The notes under the pieces: model-generated | Told to the model about the DNA's origin: nothing | Seen by the model: the letters and a program-made list of their open reading frames with translations, nothing else | Database searches by the model: none | Translations under genes and position numbers: made by a program | DNA from: an uncultured Actinomycetes bacterium | GTDB lineage: Bacteria > Actinomycetota > UBA4738 > HRBIN12 | Direction of reading: 5' to 3' | Assembly: GCA_963816425.1 (NCBI GenBank) | Contig: CAWFKP010000005.1 | Location: 23,693-87,692 of the forward strand | DNA length: 64,000 nt | Shown here: positions 38,030-46,281 of the stretch, piece after piece | Numbering within the stretch: the first letter of the stretch is position 1 | Layout: each line of letters starts with the position of its first letter

Positions 38030-39665
38030 AGGTAGCCCAGATCTTCGAGGTGAGCCGTCATCTGCTCCTCTTCCTCTCGCGTGTATGCCTCGTCGCTCCG
38101 TTGATCGACGGATTCCGCTCCGCGGCGGATGGGGTACTCCGAGACGAATCGATCTTCGAACGCGTCGGTCAGAACCCGGCCTTCCATCTGCTGCGGGATC
38201 TCGAGGCCGAGGGCCCATAGGAGCGTTGCGGGAACGTCCAGGATGGTCGCCCCCCCCAAGTCGTGCCCCTCGCGTATGCCCGGGCCGTTCATCACGAGGA
38301 TGCCGTCCGGCCTGTGGGTTGCGGCAGACCTTCCCGCTCTCGTTCCAGCACGAGACAGGGAGCGCCTCGCAGCCGAATGGCCGACCTCGTATCGTTCGTC
38401 GAGTTCCAACACGACATCGGGCGCCGAGTCCAAGTACTGGCCCGAGTAGATCTCCTCACGCCGATGCGCCGCCCGCACGACGTGGCTCCCGGTTTCGGGG
38501 TCAACCAGCTCGGCGGCCGCGGCGATGATGTCGCCGCGCACGGCCTCGAACTCAGACGGCGGAACGCTCCCCGAGGGCTCTCGGCCGGACACGTTCACGT
38601 TGAAGCCCGATATGTGGTGGTCGACGGTGACGGCGTACGCACGCGAGCTTTCCCACTCGATCGTTGCCGCATGATCTCGGATCCTTCCCGCCGAATCACG
38701 CACGCCTTTCGGTGCATGCCGCCACAACCAATACTTCTTCGGCGCGATGTTCGCTCCCCATTCGAGGGCGTTCGAGGCCAGCTTTCGAAGTGGCCGGTTT
38801 CCAACGGTGTTGAGCAGCCCCAGCTCGACCAACCACGCGTCCGGGTTGAACCTGAGGGCCGAGCGTCGGCCCGTCCCGTGGTCCGACAGGATCACGACGA
38901 GCGCAGGTTCGGGTACGGCATCGAGGATCGCGCCAAGTGACGCATCGACAAGACCGTAGAAATGCTCAACGAGCGTTCGCCGTCGACGCTTCGGGGTTCG
39001 TATCCAGGCGACTCGGGGTCCGAGTACCGCCAGAACTTGTGTGCGATCCAATCTGTGACGTTGTTGACGTAGCAGAAGAAGTCGAACTCGCGTTCCCGAA
39101 GCGTCTGGGTCAGCCACTCCGTGGAACGTTCGAGGTAGTGCTCGAAATTCTCGACCTGCGCATCGACGCCGGCCACCATGCTGCGCACAGGACTGAGCGT
39201 GAAGAGGGATGGCATCTCTTGCCCCACGTGATCTGGAGACGAGAAGTTCGTCCGAGGGTCGGGCGTTGGGAAGCCTGACACCATCAACCCGTTGACGGGC
39301 CACGGCGGATATGTCATCGGCACGCGGAACGCGATCACGTCCTTACCTCCGAGCGATGCATGATCGAAGATCGTGTTCCCCCGGTACGCCCAGGAGCCAA
39401 CGAGCTCGGATCCCAACACGCCGCCCGACACCGTTCGGAAGTTGAAGACCCCGTGTTGGCCTGGGTTCGTCCCGGTCATGAAGGAGACCCAGGCCGGCGC
39501 CGACAACGGCGGGACGGTGGAACGAAGCGTGGAGCGTGTCCCGGTTTCCATGAGTTTCGCGAGGGTCGGAAGCTTGCCGCTCTTCACGAGCGGATCGATG
39601 ACATCGAACGTGGCGCCATCGAGGCCGATACACACCACCTTGGCGAACGGCGCGGCCGTGGGCAT
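38026..39665 (-). CDS. NPP-like alkaline-phosphatase-superfamily protein, paralogue 3; frame broken once near 38965-38995
   Basis: ORFs 38892..39665 (VCIGLDGATF, LSAPAWVSFMTGTNPGQHGVFNF, VTDWIAHKFW) and 38026..39303 (LSDHGTGR ... EEEEQMTAHLEDLGYL) join at ...GYEPRSVDGER/TLVEHFYG. Confidence 0.65.
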
Positions 39666-39677
39666 CAGGAATTCGCC

Positions 39678-42284
39678 CTAGAGGTACCCGAGGGCGCTCA
39701 GCCGCTCTTCCACTTCGGCTGCTTCCTCGTCCGAGTAGCCCACCTGCTCGATCTCCGGCCCTCCTGTGTGAGTCGCGGAACGGACCACCGGTCGAGACGC
39801 GTGGGGTTCAGCCAATGCCTCGCCCAGCACGCGACCATCCACGTCGTCCGGTACCGGCACCTCGAGCAGATGCAGGATCGTCGGAGCCAGGTCCTGGAGG
39901 GCCGCCCCTTCGATCCGGGCGCCGGACGCGAATGACGGCCCTCGGAAGATGAGGACCCCCTGGGGCCGGTGCGCTCCCGAGAGACCGTGCATGAACCCCT
40001 TCGAGTACCGGCTCGAGACCGCGTGACCGAGCTTCCCGTCGTATCGCAATCCCGTCACCGGGCGGTCGTACTTCCAATCGATCTGCAGATCGGGAGCCTC
40101 GGCGGTGTGGGGGCCCGAGTAGATCTCGTCGGGCGTATGAACGGCTTCCACGACCCGTTCGCCCGTCTCCGGATCGACGAGCGAGGCGAGGACCTCTCGC
40201 AACTCGGTCACGAGCCCTCCGTACGCTTCTGGCGCCACGGTTCCGTTCAGATCACGCCCCTCGAGATTGACCCATATGCAGCTCCGGGTGTTGTCGCTGA
40301 ACGCCCGCGTATTCGCCCAGTCGATGCCGCCGAAACGGATCTGGAAACCGAACCGTCGGTACAGGCCGGGGAGCCGACGCTTCACGAATCCCTTCGCCCG
40401 CGGACCCAATCGTTTCGCGAGTTTGAACGCCCGCCACCGGCTGCTGGCGCCAGACGCATCCGCCCGATGGAGGTAGCCGAGCTGCTGCAGGATGCCACTG
40501 AGGTATTCCGCAGCGGGTTGGCGCCAGCCCATGCCGTGGTCAGACATCACGACCAGGTCACAGTCGGGACCGGCCGTTTCGAGGAGGCGAGCCAGGGTTT
40601 GATCCGCGTACCTGTAGACGTCGCGAAGCGGCTCTTGGCTTTCAGCTTCGTGATCCCAGACGTGATGGGCCACCTGGTCGGTCGCCTTGATCATGTACAT
40701 CGCCACGTCCCACGGCTCCGTCTCAAGGAGGCGCGTCATGGCGTTCACGCGCGACTCCTCGGCGGTGAGCGATGCCTCAACCACTCGCTCGACGCGTCCG
40801 GCGTTCGCGTGGTGAGCCACGGCGGCATGCAAGATGTAGGGACCACACTCGTCTTCGAGTCGGTCGATCAGTCCTTCTGGGTGACTGAACGCACTGCTCT
40901 TGATCGAGGGCGCGTCGAACCCGGCGAGCATCACGCCGTTCACCTGTTCAGCCGGATATGTGAGCGGCACGTTCACGACGACCACACGTCGGCCGGCATC
41001 CGAAAGGAGTCTCCAGATGCTGACCGCGTCTCGGTCCGCCGCCGTAACGAACTTCACCTCCGCGGGGCCGCCCTCGCCCTGTTCCGCGAACCAGAAGACG
41101 CCATGCTTTCCGGGGTTCTTGCCGGTCATGAAGGTCGTCCACGCTGGAGCCGTGTTCATATTCGGAACGGAGTCGAGGTAGCCCCACGCGCCTTCCCGGA
41201 GCACCTTCGAAAATGTGGGCAGCGTGCCGTCCTTCGCCCACGGCAGCATCAGGTCGAAGGTCGCGCCATCGAGTCCCAGGACGAGTAGACGAGCCATCGA
41301 TCCCTCATTCTCCCGCCGAGCCTGGTCGACCCCAGTGAGCTGACAACGTCTGGTGGTTCGTCCGTTTCCGTTGGACCGATGGCAGAGACTGACGACCCAT
41401 CGATCACTGCGCGCTCGCCGATATGATCGTCGCTCGATCAGGAGGATGAGGAAGACGCCGACCAGCAGGCCGGCGAGCACCGCGAGACCGATCGTCGCGA
41501 CCAACCCGACGGGGGCGGACCGCTTGCCGAGGGGCGGCGGCGAGATGACTGCTGAAGCGGCGATCCGCTGCTGGAGCGATTCATACGCCGTTTGCATCAT
41601 CCCGGGATAGGCGCTGCTCTTGCTCCTCGCAAGGTCAAGCGACACAGCATCCTGTCGGCGTTGGGTGCGCAGCTCCCCGAGCTTCGTCTGTAGTGCGAGG
41701 ACGCCGTCGGTTGTTCCCGACTGCCGAAGCCGAGCGATCTTCCGGCTCAGTGCTCTCTCTCTTTGCTGGAGACTGACGATGCGCGACGAGAGTGTCGACA
41801 TGGTGAGATCAAGCCGCGCCAAAGCCGGAGTGACGTTCGCAGCCAGGCTCCGCACCATCGTCTCGGCCAGGTCGTTCGAACGGCTGATTAGTGCTTGCGC
41901 CGCAACGGAAACGGCTCGCTGGGCGACTGTTGGCGAGCTCCCAAGCCCGGTCACAAGCCAGGTATCTTGGTCACGCAGCGGGACCGCAGTGATCGATCGC
42001 AGCCCAGCTGCTTGATCGCCGAGCGAGCCTCGGACGTCTTGTGCGAGGCTCGACGACGCGTACGCGGCGAGCTCCAGGGAGACCCTCGATACCCCATTGC
42101 CCCCCATCGAGATGGGGTCGGAGGCCGGGATCAGCACCTGGGCAGAGCTCTCGTATTGCGGCGGTACGGACAGAGCGAAGGGGAGGGCAGCGAGGACCGA
42201 GATCACCACGACGAGGGCCAGGACCAACCGACGCTTCCTCACGGTGCCCAGGATCCCCAGCCGACCCTCGTCTGCCACTGTCAT
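39678..42284 (-). CDS. Wzz/PCP-type polysaccharide co-polymerase half (TM1, coiled-coil loop, Pro-rich motif, TM2) in frame with NPP-like paralogue 4
   Basis: The ATG at 42284 overlaps the upstream GT2 stop (ATGA). PCP features are RKRRLVLALVVVISVLAALPF..PPQYESSAQVLI and SPPPLGKRSAPVGLVATIGLAVLAGLLVGVFLILLI. A 45-codon Arg-rich linker follows, then an internal ATG at 41297 (after GAGGGA) opens LVLGLDGATF, NTAPAWTTFMTGKNPGKHGVFWF, ATDQVAHHVW and MSDHGMGW, with the tail EEAAEVEERLSALGYL. Confidence 0.6.
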   Translation of the reverse strand: MTVADEGRLGILGTVRKRRLVLALVVVISVLAALPFALSVPPQYESSAQVLIPASDPISMGGNGVSRVSLELAAYASSSLAQDVRGSLGDQAAGLRSITAVPLRDQDTWLVTGLGSSPTVAQRAVSVAAQALISRSNDLAETMVRSLAANVTPALARLDLTMSTLSSRIVSLQQRERALSRKIARLRQSGTTDGVLALQTKLGELRTQRRQDAVSLDLARSKSSAYPGMMQTAYESLQQRIAASAVISPPPLGKRSAPVGLVATIGLAVLAGLLVGVFLILLIERRSYRRARSDRWVVSLCHRSNGNGRTTRRCQLTGVDQARRENEGSMARLLVLGLDGATFDLMLPWAKDGTLPTFSKVLREGAWGYLDSVPNMNTAPAWTTFMTGKNPGKHGVFWFAEQGEGGPAEVKFVTAADRDAVSIWRLLSDAGRRVVVVNVPLTYPAEQVNGVMLAGFDAPSIKSSAFSHPEGLIDRLEDECGPYILHAAVAHHANAGRVERVVEASLTAEESRVNAMTRLLETEPWDVAMYMIKATDQVAHHVWDHEAESQEPLRDVYRYADQTLARLLETAGPDCDLVVMSDHGMGWRQPAAEYLSGILQQLGYLHRADASGASSRWRAFKLAKRLGPRAKGFVKRRLPGLYRRFGFQIRFGGIDWANTRAFSDNTRSCIWVNLEGRDLNGTVAPEAYGGLVTELREVLASLVDPETGERVVEAVHTPDEIYSGPHTAEAPDLQIDWKYDRPVTGLRYDGKLGHAVSSRYSKGFMHGLSGAHRPQGVLIFRGPSFASGARIEGAALQDLAPTILHLLEVPVPDDVDGRVLGEALAEPHASRPVVRSATHTGGPEIEQVGYSDEEAAEVEERLSALGYL

Positions 42285-43240
42285 GCCCGAACCTCCATCC
42301 TTGACGCCTGCCATCTTCCTGCGGTCACGGAGGCCAGTTTGAGGCCGCCGAGAAGGACGCCCTTCGCTCGCTCTACGACCGACCCGCGATCCGTCGCGGA
42401 GACCCCCGCCGCTGCGGACATGCCCTCGTGAACCAGTGATACTCCAGCGTTCCGGAGTTCGTCAAAGATACCGAGACTCTCGTAGGTGGCACCTATCTCC
42501 CAATAGCGAGAAACGAGCTGCCGAATCCCCATCTGGTGCGCGTGATGAACGAGGGCTTCGGGCACGTACGCGATCCGGTGACCCCGGTCCAGGAGTCGCT
42601 TCGCCACGGCGACGTCTTCGAAGATCCGGATCTCGTTGGGGAAACGAACGGCTCTGAGAACGTCGGTCAGGAACGCAGACGTGACGTCGGAGAAGTGGAA
42701 GGTTCTTAAACCCAACTCTCCGATGCGCTCCTTCGTCTTGATCGCTGCCTCCTCGGGATAGAGATATGTGAACGTCGCGTCGCGCTCCATATCTGGTGAG
42801 GGCGACAGCTGTCTCCCGTACGCGGCGTCAGCGCGCCCATCGACGAGCGGGCGGACGAGAGACTCGAGCCATCCCTCCGTCGCGGGCTGGGCATCCTGAG
42901 AAAGGTACGCAACGATTGGCGTCGTGGTTGTGTCCAAAGCCCGGTTCCTCGTTCGACCGTGGCCGAAGGCGCCGGGCGGGATGGCTTCCCATTCATCCGC
43001 GACACCGCGGATAACGCGATTCCACTTCGCTCTCGGATCGGTGCTGGAATCGATCACCCGCAACACCACGCGCCCGACGTACCTTTGGGAGCGTACGAGA
43101 TCGACCGTTGTCGCCTCGTGGCGGCCTGGGTTGTGGATCAAGAGGATGACGGATGCATCGGGCCATGGCGCCCGCATTGGGCCCTGCGGATCACTCTCCG
43201 GTAGCAACGTAGGCTCACGCTCCTGTGGATGGAGGACCAT
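42281..43240 (-). CDS. family 2-type glycosyltransferase (rhamnosyltransferase-like GT-A)
   Basis: 319-aa ORF. It has ASVILLIHNPG..., LSQDAQP (DxD-like position), FSDVTSAF and HRIAYVPEALVHHAH, typical of WbbL-like GT2 enzymes. Confidence 0.6.
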   Translation of the reverse strand: MVLHPQEREPTLLPESDPQGPMRAPWPDASVILLIHNPGRHEATTVDLVRSQRYVGRVVLRVIDSSTDPRAKWNRVIRGVADEWEAIPPGAFGHGRTRNRALDTTTTPIVAYLSQDAQPATEGWLESLVRPLVDGRADAAYGRQLSPSPDMERDATFTYLYPEEAAIKTKERIGELGLRTFHFSDVTSAFLTDVLRAVRFPNEIRIFEDVAVAKRLLDRGHRIAYVPEALVHHAHQMGIRQLVSRYWEIGATYESLGIFDELRNAGVSLVHEGMSAAAGVSATDRGSVVERAKGVLLGGLKLASVTAGRWQASRMEVRA

Positions 43241-43454
43241 CCGTACACCCTACCGTGTAGCCCGAACGGGGTCACCTCAAACACCTAACGCAGTAGGCCT
43301 AAGCCTAGAGCCCTAGGTCTAACGGCGGTCGCGGCAAGCCCTACCACTGGTGAACCACTGCGAAGCTCGAGGCCCGGGCATTGTTCCCCCTGGGCAACGC
43401 GACCTTTCGGACAAGCTGCGGTTCTCGAAGGGCGTCCGACCGACTGAGGAAGAC

Positions 43455-44285
43455 CTAGGAGTAGAAGGTAACGCCTTTCAGCAAGGCCACGAGGAGGGAA
43501 GCCTTCAGCTTGCTTGCCGGCGTTCCAGCGTCTGTCCACCACCCCTTCAGAACGTCATACGTCATCGAGCCTTCTCCGATGTAGATGTTGTTCAGGTCAG
43601 TGACCTCGAGCTCTCCTCTCGCCGAAGGAGTCAGCGTCTCAGCGAAGCCGAACACGCGGTCATCGAAGAGGTAGCAGCCGCTCACGACGAAGTTCGACCT
43701 CGGGTGTTCCGGCTTCTCCTCGATGTGGACGATGCGATCATCGAGGACCTCCGCCACGCCGAAGCGCTGTGCGTCCTCATGGGACACCTCCTTGAGGAGG
43801 ATCTTCGCGCCGCCTCCCTGACCTTGGAAGGCCTCAACGTAGGGAGTGAGATCTTCTTGGAAGATGTTGTCACCGAGGATCGTAATGATGTCCGCGCCCT
43901 CCACGAAGCCCTTCGCCTTCAACAGCGCGTCGGCGATGCCTCGCTCACCTTGCTGATAGGCGTATCGCAGCCGCACGCCGAACGATCCACCATCACCAAG
44001 GAGATCCTTGAACTGCGCGATGTCATCACCCGTCACAACCACCACTTCTTCGATGCCGGCGCGGACGAGGGCACGGATGGGATAGAAGATCATCGGCTCG
44101 TCATAGACATCGAGTAGGTGCTTGTTGACGATCTTCGTCACTGGGTGGAATCGCGTCCCGAGGCCGCCAGCGAGAACGACCCCCTTCACGGGATCGGCCT
44201 TCTCGCCGGGCACGCAAACGATTGTTCGTTGAGGATCGGGATATTGCGGTGTCGCATCATCATCATGCGCCTCCCCTCGGGCCAC
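43455..44285 (-). CDS. sugar-1-phosphate nucleotidyltransferase (short RmlA/glucose-1-P thymidylyltransferase-like)
   Basis: It has KGVVLAGGLGTRFHPVTKIVNKHLL (G-x-G-T-R-x motif) and GIADALLKAKGF...ILGDNIF. The start is uncertain: ATG at 44285 or GTG at 44189. Confidence 0.75.
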   Translation of the reverse strand: MARGEAHDDDATPQYPDPQRTIVCVPGEKADPVKGVVLAGGLGTRFHPVTKIVNKHLLDVYDEPMIFYPIRALVRAGIEEVVVVTGDDIAQFKDLLGDGGSFGVRLRYAYQQGERGIADALLKAKGFVEGADIITILGDNIFQEDLTPYVEAFQGQGGGAKILLKEVSHEDAQRFGVAEVLDDRIVHIEEKPEHPRSNFVVSGCYLFDDRVFGFAETLTPSARGELEVTDLNNIYIGEGSMTYDVLKGWWTDAGTPASKLKASLLVALLKGVTFYS

Positions 44286-44730
44286 GCGGTTCAGGCCGCG
44301 CCCTCTGCTAGCGTAATCGCACCGAGGGCGGATCGATTAGTGCGAGGCGAGACATCCTGTCCTCCACCTGGCGTATCCATCGGTGGGGCGGGCGGATCCG
44401 TACCGCCGGCCTCCGGCTCCCAGGCAGGTGCGCGAACCAGACTGCGCCACGCCGCGAGTAGGTGCATCGCGAAGCCGCTGTCGCACAGGCACGGGAGATG
44501 GCGGCCTGCTCGACCCGGACGGCCCGGGGTCGTTCACGCATCAGGACCCTGTCCGCAGACCCGTCCGGCTGTTCGCTCGCGCGGGCGATCGGGATGATCC
44601 ACGTGACGGCCCTTCTCCGGTTGCACGCATGATCTCCCGCTTGGGTCTTCTGCGCTCCAAGACGCTTGGCTGCGTCGGCTCTAGACTGCTTGGCTGGCGG
44701 CGGAGACCTGGCACGTTTTCCGTCGGCCTG

Positions 44731-44806
44731 GCCGGAGTAGCTCAGTCGGCAGAGTGCCTCCATGGTAAGGAGGAGGTCAGGGGTTCGATTCCCCTCTCCG
44801 GCTCCA
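44731..44806 (+). tRNA. tRNA-Thr (anticodon GGT), CCA encoded
   Basis: I folded the cloverleaf by hand: acceptor GCCGGAG/CTCCGGC, D arm TAGCTCAGTCGGCAGAGT, anticodon stem CCTCC/GGAGG with loop ATGGTAA, T arm AGGGGTTCGATTCCCCT. Confidence 0.9.
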
Positions 44807-44876
44807 TCCAGAAGCTCGACAGGGCCGCGCAGGCGTGGCTCGATCCGTGGCCTGCCAGCACTGCGCTGATCCGGGT

Positions 44877-46178
44877 TCAGGCCGAGACCGGCGACCGGTG
44901 ATCGCGTCGCCGGGTCCAGGCGAGATCGAGGCCGACGCTGACCGCGAGGATCGCGAGCAGCGTGACCATCGACGCCGGCTCGTGGATCAAGGTGGTGAAG
45001 ATGAAGGTCAGCAAGGTGACGACGATGACGGTGAGGGCGAGGACGAGGATCCACGGGCGCGCGCCCGTCTCACGCCAGACGCGCAGGTGAGCGGCGGTCA
45101 CGAGCGCGAAGATCATCAGTGCGACGGCGCTGCCGATCGACGCGATCGCGGAGAGATCGAAGAAGAGCACCATCACGACGATCGCGACCGCTGCGATCAG
45201 CAGCCCATTCGACGCCGTGTCGCGGACCTTTCCGCCCATCACCGGCGGGAACTGGCCGCGCGACGCGAGGTGCTCGCAGAGGCCGGGAGCCGGGTACAGT
45301 CCCGCGTTCGTCGCGCCCGCGGTCGCGAACAATGCCGTGACGCTCATCAGCCAGTACCCGGCGTCGCCGAGGGTCGGCTTGGCGGCGACCGCGATCGCGG
45401 TGGGACCCGAGGCGATCACCTCCTGGACGGAGAGGGTCCCGAAGACCCCGAGCGCGATCGCGACATAGACGACCGTGGCGATGCCGAGGGCGAGGAACAT
45501 CGCGCGCGGCAGCTGTCGTGAGGGATCCGCCAGATCCTTCGCCGTGAAGGTCACCACACCGAACCCGAGGAACGCGAAGAACGTGAGCGCGACGCTCGAG
45601 ACGATATCGCGCACGCCCGGGTACCCGGATGGCGCCAGCAGCGACGGATCCATGTTCGCGATCGTGACGACGGCGAAGAATCCGAGGATCCCGACGACGA
45701 CGAACACGATGAGACTCTGGACCCGGGCGACGATGGTCGAGCCGATGACGTTCACCGCCGTCATCGCGATCACGACGAGGACCGCGAAGGCCTTCGCCCA
45801 ACTCGCGTTGTCGTTCGTGAACATGGCGCTCGCGTAACTGCCGAACGACACGGCGACCATCGCGGTGACGATCGCGTTCGCGGAGAACACGAGCCAGGCG
45901 GTGATCGCCGCGACGTGGCCCTCGCCGAAGCCGCGTGCGACGTACTCGAGCATCCCGCCCGCCGAGGGGTACGTCGCTCCGAACTTGGCGAACGAGTACC
46001 CCTGGAGCATCGCGATGCCGCCGGCGATCAGGAACGAGAGCCACACCGCGGCGCCGGCGACCTCGCCTGCCGCGCCGAGCAGGGAGAAGATCCCCGCTCC
46101 GACCATCGCCCCAACCCCGATGAACGCCGCCTGGCGGACGGTGAAGCGCCTGGGGGTCGGGCGGGTGGCCTCAGCCAT
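44877..46178 (-). CDS. APC-superfamily amino acid/polyamine permease
   Basis: The ATG at 46178 lies within ORF 44877..46307. FIGVGAMVGAGIFSLLG near the N terminus and about 12 hydrophobic helices fit the family. Confidence 0.75.
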   Translation of the reverse strand: MAEATRPTPRRFTVRQAAFIGVGAMVGAGIFSLLGAAGEVAGAAVWLSFLIAGGIAMLQGYSFAKFGATYPSAGGMLEYVARGFGEGHVAAITAWLVFSANAIVTAMVAVSFGSYASAMFTNDNASWAKAFAVLVVIAMTAVNVIGSTIVARVQSLIVFVVVGILGFFAVVTIANMDPSLLAPSGYPGVRDIVSSVALTFFAFLGFGVVTFTAKDLADPSRQLPRAMFLALGIATVVYVAIALGVFGTLSVQEVIASGPTAIAVAAKPTLGDAGYWLMSVTALFATAGATNAGLYPAPGLCEHLASRGQFPPVMGGKVRDTASNGLLIAAVAIVVMVLFFDLSAIASIGSAVALMIFALVTAAHLRVWRETGARPWILVLALTVIVVTLLTFIFTTLIHEPASMVTLLAILAVSVGLDLAWTRRRDHRSPVSA

Positions 46179-46281
46179 CGGGTGCACCTCCTGCGCAAGC
46201 GTAGCGCTCCCACCCAAAGCCTTGCTTGGTTTTCGGGCAGACTGAAAGGCGGCCAGCGCGGATGATGAGGAGGGTGACTCC

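Noticed and set aside
42285-42314. Start of the PCP-NPP gene at the first ATG of the ORF (42314)
   Set aside because: That start would overlap the upstream GT2 gene by 34 nt. The ATG at 42284 forms an ATGA stop/start overlap like several other junctions in this operon, so I preferred it, with low certainty.
19130-44806. Classical tRNA-integrated genomic island or prophage
   Set aside because: I recognised no integrase, excisionase, transposase or phage gene. I did not spot a direct repeat of the tRNA-Thr 3' end at the left border. The block also lies on the 5' side of the tRNA. I kept it only as a compositionally distinct glycan locus.
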